Shown one piece after another: positions 52,966 through 64,000 of a DNA stretch of 64,000 bases. The notes under the pieces were generated by a model. The model was not told the origin of the DNA, made no database searches, and worked only from the letters and a program-made list of their open reading frames with translations. The DNA is taken from NCBI RefSeq assembly GCF_006345805.1, contig NC_042997.1:84382001-84446000 (forward strand). The letters run 5' to 3'. Source of the stretch: Octopus sinensis. Its lineage: Eukaryota. The translations under genes were made by a program, and so were the position numbers. How positions within the stretch are numbered: the first letter of the stretch is position 1; the number at the start of each line of letters is the position of its first letter.

Positions 52966-53530
52966 TAATGGGAAGAGCAAAGACGATAAGAACAGCATAA
53001 AGTTTTGTTTAATATATAGGAAAGGACAAAAAAGGGCGGCATCTCGTCGTTCGGCGGACTACCTGCGTACTATAGGACTGTTTGATCAGGGTTTTAATCT
53101 AAGGCAACAAAGTAAGAATATAGGCAACAGCATACTGTATATTTTTATAACATCATGCGGAACACTGAATTAACACCAGAAATAGCAAAACAAACTCCAC
53201 AACTAAACGAAAGAGATGTAGCAGGTAAAGACAATTCTTCGTACATCACTGACTACCATTGCTGTCCGTGGAACAGAGATGTGGAGATGCACCTCTTAGT
53301 GCAATAGAAGTTTGCATAAAACTGTTGAAAACAACACTGACTTTGAAGATGACCACTACGACGACGACGACGATGACAATGAGGATGATGATGATGAAAG
53401 TGATGGTTTTGTGTTGATGTCTTAGATTAAATACGAGGAAAGCAGGGAAATGAAATCTTGTAAGGTTCATAAGTCCAGTGAGTGTCCGTTAATAACATCA
53501 TTTCAGAACGAAATAGATTTAATAAACACC

Positions 53531-53609
<79 letters not shown>

Positions 53610-53613
<4 letters not shown>

Positions 53614-54195
53614 AATGGAAACACCTTAAAATTTCAAACAAATTTGTTTTAATATTGGGTAGGACCGCATTTGGCAGTAATTACAGCTTGACTTCTACAA
53701 GGTATGGATTCGTACAAAGTTTGAATTGTTTCCAAAGGAATTTTTGTCCATTCTTCAGCTAAAACATTCTTCAGTTCTTGTAGTGATGATGGTGGAGAGT
53801 ATTGACTCCTTACTTGGTTTTCTAAAATGAACCATAAATGTTCAATGATATTGAGATCTGGAGACTGTGGTAGCCAGATAAGATGTTCAGCTTCACTAGA
53901 ATGTTTCTCGTGCCATTCAGTAACAACTTTAGCTGTGTGAATTGGTGCATTATCATCCTAAAAGATTGCGTTTCCCTCAGGAAACAGTTCCGCAACCGTA
54001 GGATGAATTTGATCAGATAAAATGCTTAAATAGTCTTGACTATTAATTCTGCCATGAAGGGAAAGCATTGGGCTGGCGGATTTCCAAAATATAGCCCAAC
54101 CCCCGATCATCACAGATCCTCCTCCATGTTTAACAGTTAGAAGAAAGCAGTCTGGCTCAAAAGTAGGCTTCCTTGTCTAAGATGACATGGCTTAA
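53610..54195 (-). pseudogene. Tc1 (DD34E) transposase 3' half
   Basis: KHGGGSVMI, IF*DDNAPIHTAK, WLPQSPDLNIIEHLW, terminal stop at 53649-51. Confidence 0.93.
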
Positions 54196-54789
54196 AAATA
54201 TAAAAAAAACTGCATGTAAATAAAATCTTTAATTGGTTTCTCTTACTACCCAATACAGTGTAGGATTCACTTTAAAATGTCTCATTCAACTTGTGACCCC
54301 CTTTTCTAAATGCGTGCCATGTGAGCGACTCAGTAAGTTGCTGATGCTGTTGTTGTTTAGCTCCAGGTGGGCGTTGATCGATAAAAACTCTAACGACAAA
54401 CATTCTAGCTGTGACCATCCCATCATTTTGTATATCCAATATGTTTCTTTTCTAAAACGGTAGGATATACTATGGATTAGGTTATATCTAGTATGTTAAG
54501 TGACCACATCAGAAGCGACACAACGAAGGTGACGGTCTAGTGGTTAGGCTGCTGACTTCACATTCGTTGGTTCGATTCCAAGTCCTTTGAATAACTCACT
54601 TCGTTACATTTTGCTCCCGTCTATTCAAATAGAAGTATATACCAGTCAATGTGCTGATGCAACCCTCCCCACCTTCTTTCAAAGCATCCTTGATATTTTG
54701 TTGGTTCAAGGGTGACAGGGCTCAGGAGGTGTCAGTTAGTAGTTTAAGTCTGCATGGAAAACAATTAGTGAAAGACTGATACACACAAC

Positions 54790-55060
54790 GAAGGAGGGGC
54801 ATGATTTAGTAGTTATGGTGTTGGGCTCACGATCGTGAGATTGTAGTTTCGATTTCTAGACCGGGTGACGCTTTGTGCTTTTGGGAAAAACTCTTCATTT
54901 CAGGCGGGGGAATTGATACGCCATGATGGGGCATTGATACGCCATGAATTGATACGCCATGAAACCGTCCAGGTGGGGAATTGATACGCCGTTGATACGT
55001 CCAGGTAGGGAATTGATACGCCATGAAACCGGGAAACCGGCTCTTATAAGTCGGCATGGA
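54790..55060 (+). mobile_element. SINE family C derivative with amplified tail motif
   Basis: tRNA-like head, then six copies of TTGATACG(C/T)C at 54911-55025. Confidence 0.75.
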
Positions 55061-56897
55061 ACCACAATGGCTGCAAAGTGAACTCCCTAATTGTACAGTC
55101 ATGCCTGTACAACCACCAATTCCATGGCATACGGTAAAACTCACCATCACAAATTTCAGCAATGCCATCATACTGCCGCTGACAAGCAATTTCATTAATG
55201 CCAGCCTCACCTCCAAAATACTACAGAATAAGTTTGACAAAAACCAAATAAATACATGACATTATGTATTTTTATGTATCTCTCACTCTCTCTGCCTCTT
55301 TGTCTTTCTCTCTCCCTCTCACTTCCTCTGCTTCTTATGTGCGTTCCAATAACATACGCATGTAGCATATATGTTTATCAGTGATTAAAAGGGAGAAATT
55401 TTCTGTTATAAGATACTGCACCACTCATCTTTTGACAATATTTACCGTTGACCCGAAAGAAACCGCTCTTTGATTAATTATACGGTTCAGCTCTCTATCT
55501 TGTTTGTATCAACGTAGGTATCAAGAGGCAGTCACACTTACTGAATGGCCCAGGGTCATAGGAATGAAAGCTGATAGACATCTGTGAAATTCCGGTTTTC
55601 AGCATGCTACCACTCATGTCTCTGATACAGAACTTATATATTGTCATATCAGCCCGGTGTTTGGCGGCAATTTATCTTCAGAAAGACTTACATTTCAAGG
55701 TCTGAACCTTTTATCTGAACGAAGATACCAATCAAAGCAGTGATATGAGAGTGGTAACTGGCTATGTTCTGGTAGAAGGTTGGACATCCGGCCACGTTGA
55801 GGCGTCTAGAAACATTCATAGAATGCCACGCTCATTGGTCGTAGGGAACTATTATGGTTTCCAGTAATGTGAAGTCATTTCTGAAATGCACAAAAATACG
55901 AACATTCATTATGCTGGTATCGTTGCTCCTGATATTGATGTGCTTCTATTCGCTTCCGAGTGACTTGCAGAAAAAATTAGAAATTGACGGATATCATTCT
56001 ATGCTTTCGAATTTGTTCAAGGTGACGTTAAATCAGCCTCATAATTTGGTGTATTTTTAAAATTTTGTCGTTGTCCTTTAGAAATTGCTTACTACCTATG
56101 CTAAGTTCACTCGTTGAAGAAACTTCATTATCCTGCTTAATTTTGTATTTTAGATTTACTAAAAAAAAAAAAAATCTTTCTGTTTTTTTCAGGTGATCTA
56201 TGATTCACGTCTGGCTGAGCATGTTCTGAATTTAGTTTACAAAATAATATCACATAAACATGAGAATGCAAATAGTTACACAAATAGTTACCAGTGAGAA
56301 AAAAAATGTTCATAGCACAATAATATATTAGAATCGGTTCAGTTGACTATGCGACACCAACTAGAAATTTGTAGCTTTTGCTTATATAAAAATTACTCAT
56401 TCTAATAAAAGTCGCTTGTAATAGGAAATATAAAGCGATGTGTTTAGTTTCGCTCTTTCTTGTTTTTAATTCAAATCCTATCAGCGTCAACTTTGCCGGT
56501 CGTCTTTCAGGATTCGATAAAATAAATGCTCGTCAGTAATTTGGATTTATCTAATCGATTATACTCGTACCAAAATGATTACATAAAAAATGATTATTTC
56601 GAAAGAGGTTTATGGCTGAAATGGTGTAGAGATGAACAAGTTACTGAGTTACGTCTTTTTACTCGCCGAGTTTTAATCCATTCGTGGCTGATTTTGCATG
56701 AACTGGAAGTTGGACAACTGCCTTGAAGTTCCCAATTCTAATTCTGCAATATACCCCCACCCCACACATACATTCTATCGGTTTCAGTCAAATAAATACT
56801 TCTTAAGTACTTGGGAGTGCTATAATCGACTATACTCTCACCTAAAATTGATGACTTTGTGTCTTTTAGAAATTATTAATATTATTACGTTTTCATT

Positions 56898-57115
56898 TAG
56901 GCGGCGAACAGCCAGAATCGTTAGCACACCAGACAAAATGCTTAGCGGCATTTCGTCCGTCCTTACGATTTGAGTTCAAATTCTGCCGAGGTCGACTTTG
57001 CTTTTCATCCTTTCAGGGTCGATAACATAAATACCAGTTACACTTTGGGGTCGATGTAATTGATTATCTCTCTCCCCCAAAAGTTTATACCTTGTGCTTA
57101 GAGTAGAAAGGATTA
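56898..57115 (+). mobile_element. SINE family B
   Basis: ggcggcgaacagccagaatcgttagc...gagttcaaattctgccgaggtcgactttgcttttcatcc. Confidence 0.88.
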
Positions 57116-57220
57116 TTATATCTTCATTTGCACCGTGATGATTTGTTCACACTGAATCGTTTATCTCCCTTTCAAGTTATGTAACCTCTACTATTACTAC
57201 TACTACAACTACTACTACTA

Positions 57221-57268
<48 letters not shown>

Positions 57269-58823
57269 CAGTACTACTCGGTAGTTTTGTTTTTGTTGCA
57301 TACTTTCATTGCACAACCAAGCGCAGCTTTTTAGTCGCTTTAGGTTTGTATTGACTATTTTACTCACAAATACATGCATGTAGTTGCAGTGCCCAGGCGT
57401 GGTATTTTCTGCGCTGTGGATATTTGTAATCCTCCTCCTCCTCCTTTCCTCCTCCTCCACCTTTCCTCCTCCTCCTCCTCCTCCTCCTCCTCCTCCTCCT
57501 CCTCCTCATTTATTATTATTATTATTTATTATTATTATTATTATTAGTAGTAGTAGATTATTTAGCAGTTATGGAATGACAAGAGGAAATAAAAATGGAA
57601 GAAATTAATAATAAAAACATACAGAAATTCTTACAGAACCAGAATGACCGTAAAGAGAATCTTCTTTTTTTTACAATTCTTATTGTTTATCTGTTATCGT
57701 TTCTTTTTACACTAATCCTTTTAAGTGTTACAAATCATTGTTTGACGCTTACCTTTGGCCTTCGGCAAACGTGCAATTATGAACTGAAGTTAGGCTAGCC
57801 GCCATTTTATTTTATTTTTTGTTTCTTTTATAATTTTATTTTTGTGTTTGGTTATTTCAGTTGCCATTGTTGTTATTCGGTAACGGGACTAATATCAAAA
57901 GATTAAAAACCCTTTGATCTTTTCTACTTTTTTCATCCAGATTTCTTAATGCTTTATGGTGGTTGTTATTGCTCATGCCCTTGTCACGTTCCTCCTCTCT
58001 GTCTCATCCGAAGAAGAAAACATACGAAAGAAAATACAAAGTAAAGTAACAATTTTGCTTTAAGCTAATTTAGGGTGAAAAGAATCGAAACAGAATAAAT
58101 ATACAATAAAACCACTAAATAATGCTTAAAATATTTTATTTTGCTTGTTTTTACAATTATTTATTCATTTAGTTTGTTTTCTCTTGCATTTTTTCTTTTG
58201 TTCTGCTTTTTGTATACCAAGCTTTTTTCCCTTTTAATTATTATTCATCTATTCAATACATTTGTTTTTCAATTGTCCTTATGTGGTTTTCGTGGTTCGG
58301 ATATTTCGTGCTTACTTAATAGTGTTTCTTATTATAGTTTGACACCACAAATTCCCATATAAAAATACTTACCATCCTCGATTACCCACCAACCCCAACC
58401 CCAACTACCGAAATTTAATTCTTGCGTGTTGACATTTGATACGATACAATAGGATGAAATAATTTGAAAACGACTTAAATATCTTTGTTTGTATACTAGA
58501 CAACTTACGATTCTAAACCGAAATACCAACTTTTATTTTGTCGAGAAATTTGAACGAAACTGGATGACTAATACAGAGAGATCTACTGGTGTTTGATCTT
58601 TAATCTTTCATTTGCTTCAGCCATTAGATGGCGACCATGCTAGAGCATCACCTTGAAGAATTCAGTCAAACAAATCGATCGACTACAGTAATTATTCTTT
58701 AAGAGTCCGGTATTTATAGTCAGGAGTGTAAAAATGAACCTACACCAATTATAAAGTGATGGGGTGAGGGACACACACACACATATATATCATATACTCT
58801 TATATATATATAGTGTATATATG

Positions 58824-58902
<79 letters not shown>

Positions 58903-58940
58903 GTGTGTGTGTGTGAGTGTGTGTGTGTAATATATGTATA

Positions 58941-59155
58941 AGGCGGCGAGCTGGCAGAAACGTTAGCGCGCCGGGCGAAATGCGAGGCCGTATTTCGTCT
59001 GTCGTACGTTCCGAGTTCAAATTCCGCCGAGGTCGACTTTGACTTCCATCCTTTCGGGGGCGTTAAATTAAGTACCAGTTGCGTACCGGGGTCGATATAA
59101 CCTTTGTCTGTCCTTGTTTGTCCCCTCTATGGTTTAGCCCCTTGTGGGTAATAAA
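58941..59155 (+). mobile_element. SINE family B
   Basis: ggcggcgagctggcagaaacgttagcgcgccgggcgaaatgc... Confidence 0.9.
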
Positions 59156-59157
59156 GA

Positions 59158-59188
<31 letters not shown>

Positions 59189-59229
59189 GTAATATATATA
59201 TACATATACATACACACACACACGCACAA

Positions 59230-59326
<97 letters not shown>

Positions 59327-59328
59327 CA

Positions 59329-59515
59329 GCTTATAAACAATAGACTTAAATCGTCAATAACCATATAATTCATCACACTGATGAATTATATGGATATTGA
59401 CGATTTAAGTATATTTTCGGCATATTTAGCATTAGGATTTTTTCTTTTGCCCTTGTTTATAGATTTAACCTTTAAAGGTATTTTTTTAATATGCTGGCCA
59501 TTGATAAAATTTTTT
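59329..59515 (+). mobile_element. PLE-type terminal fragment with 32-bp foldback (59344-59410)
   Basis: Homology to 45947-46085; arms 59344-59375 and 59379-59410 are reverse complements with 1 mismatch. Confidence 0.75.
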
Positions 59516-59544
59516 CGAAAATTTTATCCTATATTAGATGTATA

Positions 59545-59916
59545 CTAGCAGTATCGCCCGGCGTTGCTCAGGTTTGTAAGGGAAATAACTATAAAGCATT
59601 TTTAGAGAGTTACAGCAAAAAAATGGAAAAAAAATGATGGTAAATTTTTTTGAGAGTTAAAAAAGGTGGAGTTGCGTCCCCTAGACGGTCTGTGGTTTGG
59701 GTTTCTGATTCTCGACCCCATGTCGAATTTATCGATTTTTTTCAGAACTGGGGGAACTTTTCAAAATTTTCGCTGCGTTAGTTTTGAATTATGACATTGG
59801 GCTATGTGTGTGTCAAGTTTCATCAGAATCGGTTGAAAGCCGTGGTCAGAGTGAGGGTACGAGAAAACAGACACACAGAAAACGCACAGACAAACTGCCG
59901 TTTATATATAGAGAGA
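59545..59916 (-). mobile_element. Non-autonomous Helitron, 372 bp
   Basis: Minus strand A|TC start at 59916; GC-rich subterminal hairpin-like segment, then CTAG|T at 59545. Confidence 0.8.
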
Positions 59917-60332
59917 TATACGATGAATTGGGACTATGGTAGAAGCAACTTGCTCAAGGTAAGTGCCACGTAGTAGTACTGAAACCAAAAACCACGTGAT
60001 TTCAAAACGGGCTTCTTAACCACAGACTTTATTCATTTTTATTTTTTACGTTTGTATGTTTTTCTTTATTTACACTTCCTTTTTACGCACATTTTGTTTC
60101 ACAAAAGTAATTTCCCATGCATTGTTTAAGCAGGTTTCAAAGCATAATTTATGTCATTATAAGCTATTAAAATGCGTAGATTTTTCTATAGTTTCCATAT
60201 TTTCGAAAAGTAGTTCAAAAATAGATAAGCTCTTGTCTGGTCAGAATATAGTGCACTGAGCACCGAGTAGTTACCGCTAATAGTTTTAGCCGCTGGGTAA
60301 TTACCGCTCAATTAAAGTTACTCTAAATAAGA

Positions 60333-60575
60333 AGGCAGCGATCTGGCAGAAACGTTAGTACGCCGGAGAAAATGCTGGGCGGCATTTCTTCTGGCTTTAT
60401 GTTCCGAGCTGAAATTCCGTTCAGGTCGACTTTACCATTTTTTTTCTTTTGAGGTCACCTTTTATTCTTTCGAGGTCGATAAAATAAGTACAGTTTGTGT
60501 ACATGGGTCGATGTAATAGACTAGCATCCTGTCCTAAACTTTTAGGCCTTGTGCCGATATTAGAAAGAAATAGAA
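60333..60575 (+). mobile_element. SINE family B
   Basis: Homologous to 58941-59155. Confidence 0.82.
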
Positions 60576-60629
60576 AAAAAATTATACTAAATGAGATACG
60601 TTACACCAGTGTTTGATTATATTAACAAC

Positions 60630-60701
60630 TTTTGCAAAGTAAATAGTAGCATATCTCCGTCTGTCTAGCGGGACACTGGGGTTCGATTCTTCGTCAAGGA
60701 T
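60630..60701 (+). pseudogene. tRNA-Asp(GTC) pseudogene
   Basis: tatctccgt-ctGTCta-gcggga-cactggggttcgattcttcgtcaagga aligns with eukaryotic tRNA-Asp; acceptor stem 5' strand, D-arm and T-stem degraded. Confidence 0.7.
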
Positions 60702-60714
60702 GCTCTCAGTTCTT

Positions 60715-60880
60715 TGTTGGTTGGCTGTGTGTCTAAGAAGCTTGCTTTTGCAACCACGTGTTTTGGGGTTCAGTCCCAACCCATGGTATCCTGGGACAAA
60801 TGTCTTCTACTATAGCTCCGGGAAGACCAATGTCTTGCGAGTGGATTTGCAAGGCAAAAACTGTGGAAGCCGTCATATAT
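60715..60880 (+). mobile_element. SINE family A (5' part)
   Basis: Homologous to 661-830. Confidence 0.8.
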
Positions 60881-61699
60881 ACACATATATATAGTTCAAT
60901 TTTAGTATTTTGCCGAACGGCCTTCCCAAAATACAACACACACGTACATTTGGATAAACACAGTGGTTATAATTTCAAACAGCGCGAGAGGGTCCAGACG
61001 CAACAGCCATTTCTTAGCCACATCATGCACGGTTATCCACTTGGCAGGCGGTGGATTAAGTTTCACATCGACTCTTGCCAGTTATGCAGATTAAGTCGAT
61101 TTTATCATATGTGTAGTTCTTATTGCGTCAGTCTTTTCACAGATTATATATTTATAATTCATTCTTCTCTCTGATTAAGTTAACTTAACTTGGGTTGATC
61201 ACGCAATGCTATTTGTTTCACTCACACACACACGCGCACGCACAGAAATATATGCGAGATAGCAGAATCATTAGAGCGTCAGGTAGAATACTTTATGATA
61301 TTTGTTCCGGCTATGTGCGGTCTGAGTTCAAATCCTACAAGTGTCATCTTTGCCTTTTATCTTTTTGGAGTCAATAAGCAAAATACCTCTCCGATAGGGT
61401 GCCAATTACTTCTTCTTTTCCTTTGCCTCCTTATTCTTTTTTTTCCCTCACCCTCTGTTTTTCTCTGGAAAAAATTGTAGAAGTATGGGCGTCACTAAGT
61501 TTAAAACGCTCAAGCGTGGAGTGTACAAGAAAGTAAGTACGTAATGTATTTGTGTATGTACGCATATACATACATACATACATACATACATATGTGTATA
61601 TATATATATATAAATAAATAAATAAATATATATATATATATTATATATATATATATACACGCACACACGCATACATACATATATACATATACACATATA

Positions 61700-61795
<96 letters not shown>

Positions 61796-61811
61796 AACAT
61801 GACATGATAGC

Positions 61812-61960
61812 AATGGCTGTGTGATAAGAAGGTTGCTTTCCAATCACACGGTTCCGGGTTCAGTCCCATTGCGTGGCACCTTCTAAAAGTACATGTACTT
61901 TCGGGCCGACCAAAGTTGTGTGAATGCATTTTGTAGACAGAAACTGATGAATGTCTGTTT
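61812..61960 (+). mobile_element. SINE family A (5' part)
   Basis: Homologous to 661-830. Confidence 0.8.
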
Positions 61961-62239
61961 CTATTCTGTTTTTAATCATTTAAATTCTGCCGTTATACGT
62001 ACACACACGCACGTATAACGGTATGCACTGAACCTGATGGATTGCTTGGAGATACATGGCATTGTATATAAATCTACCAAATTATTGTATTACAACAGTA
62101 TGAAACTATTGGTAGCTCGTTTTAAAATTGTGTATATAAAATGATATTTATCTTTCAATGGATAAAGTACTTATTTGTTAATCCTACATATGACGAAACA
62201 GTATATGTATGTATTGTATGTATGTATGTGTGTGTGTGT

Positions 62240-62993
62240 ATTCTATTTTTTAATTATTTTAAATCTTCCACTGAGGAAGGAGCCAGTTTCCAACAACTAT
62301 ACAAGGCTCCGTCAACACAGACAAATTCACATTTGGAACTTGAGCAAAGTCTTGCATGTCTTTACTGTTCCACTCACAGATTGCACTTATAATGTACGAA
62401 TTAACCGGTCTTTTTCTTTCTGGAAATCGCAGTTTCTCCAGATTCTTCTTTCAGCATTTACTACCAAAATCTTGTGCTCCAATAATTATTGGTATTAATA
62501 TGAATTCATAGTCTGGATATAGAAGCTGGAAGTTTCGAAGAAGTTGTCCATAGATATCCTCTTTTTCTTTGATTTTCATAGAGATATTTATATCGACTGG
62601 GCAGCTGACCTCTATGATGGTACATACTTTTGCCTCTCTGTCCCAAACAACAATATCCGCCTTGCTATGTTTAATTTTGAGAGACGTTTTGATGGCTATA
62701 TTCCACCAGTATTCCTTGAGTTGGTGTTTATGAATGTATTTCATAACAAAGGGATTTTCTAAGTTTATTTCAGGATAGTCTTTTTTGCGGATGGCATTGT
62801 AAATTGTTTTAGCAACAACATCGTGCCGCATAGGGAGGTAGTACCGTGATGACATTTTAGGACAGCTGCTAATCACATGCGTGATGTGTTCCACAGAAAT
62901 ATGACAACCTACACATGCGGTTGCACCTTGGAATTACCAGAGCGTCACTGTCTCTCTTGTTCACCAGTTACTGTGTGGCAAACTCGTGTTCCT
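62240..62993 (-). mobile_element. 5'-truncated RLE LINE, same family as 43257-44290, flanked by (CATA)n on the minus strand
   Basis: HITHVISSCPKMSSRYYLPMRHD...KADIVVWDRE...IEVSCPVDINI...LLYPDYEF...IPIIIGA. Confidence 0.9.
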
Positions 62994-64000
62994 GTGTATG
63001 TATGTATGTATGTATGTATGTATGTATGTATGTATGTATGTATGTATGTATGTATTTATGTATGTATGTATAAAGTTTTAAAAATGAAGCTAAAATGTTC
63101 AAAGTCCATGTTCTGAAAGGTCAATTTCATCTTTCCCCCGTAATCACCCTAAGTTCGCTAAAATAAGTACCAGCAATATATTGGTGTCGATATAATCGAC
63201 CATACCAAATTTAATGCTTTGTGTCAGCCTTAAGCATCAACATTATAAATATAAGCACAACTAGCTCACTAACGCGACTGAAACCGTGTATGTATTGCGT
63301 AACGGTGACCAATATACTGATTCGAGTACATCTTCATATTGCACGCAAATTCACGTTCTCATATTACGTGTTTTAAATGTTTGCTATGTGTTATATAACT
63401 GCTGTTTAAGTGACTGGCGGATCACCTATTAAGGAGATAAACATTTGAAATGGTTCATTTCAAAGAAGGGTCTCTACGCAGTATTAATTTCAGAGAAGGG
63501 TCACCGCAGTATTAACGCTCCTGCGGCTGTCCATTTTGCGGTGTATTTGTAGTTGTAAGTCTGGTCAATGAGGTTCTCGCCCATTATGTTCTAATCTTGA
63601 ATTAGTACTAAAATTGTTTACAGCTTGTTTATTAAAACATTCGCTCGCCCTTCAACTTCTGTGTGTGTATATATATATATATGTAACACTTTATTTTTAA
63701 GTGATATGGTAGTTGACACGTAAAAGCATATGTGTGTGTCTGTATGTATGCTGTGCATGTGTGTTTGTACAAGGCAAAGAAAACGTGGGTTTATAAGTCG
63801 TTGGAGGTTAAATAAATATATCAGATCGTTAAGCCAAGAATATGCGGAGAAAAAGAAATAAGCCTCTGGGTGGCTATATTAGTGCACGTGAGCTGCCATG
63901 TAAGTATACGTACACACACAAATACACACATACATATACACATATATTTCTGTTTGTGTTACAACACACACGCACACTCACAACACACACACACACACAC

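Noticed and set aside
53135-53229. Possible + strand exon ending GCAG|GTAAAG
   Set aside because: Weak acceptor, no recognisable peptide, no partner exons identified

Overview
Very AT-rich eukaryotic DNA that is dense in microsatellites and made up mostly of decayed mobile elements. The tRNA-derived SINE families and the simple-repeat load resemble octopus (coleoid cephalopod) genomes; this is from recall, not a database search. No host gene, rRNA, functional tRNA or CRISPR array can be supported, and most ORFs in the supplied track are translations of microsatellites. Recognisable protein remnants: Penelope-like element (PLE) RT (9737-10262, -) and GIY-YIG endonucleases (about 5100-5650 decayed; 32180-32893 stop-free), several restriction-like-endonuclease (RLE, R4/Dong-type) LINEs, a Tx1/L1-type APE region, RTE LINE pieces, a Tc1 transposase and a Helitron helicase tail. 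There are also MITEs, non-autonomous Helitrons, many SINEs and a tRNA-Asp pseudogene. The most interesting signals are RNA-structural. Several PLE-type termini next to (TA)n carry minimal hammerhead-ribozyme folds, one with an intact core (45831-45891). A non-coding 725-bp-period element with 301-bp direct repeats (44677-45702) carries all three hammerhead core strands in a non-standard, pseudoknot-requiring order in each repeat (retrozyme-like candidate; untested inference). Different retroelement families also appear to sit in different microsatellites: (TA)n, (TAA)n and (CATA)n. Element boundaries are approximate unless exact motifs are quoted.
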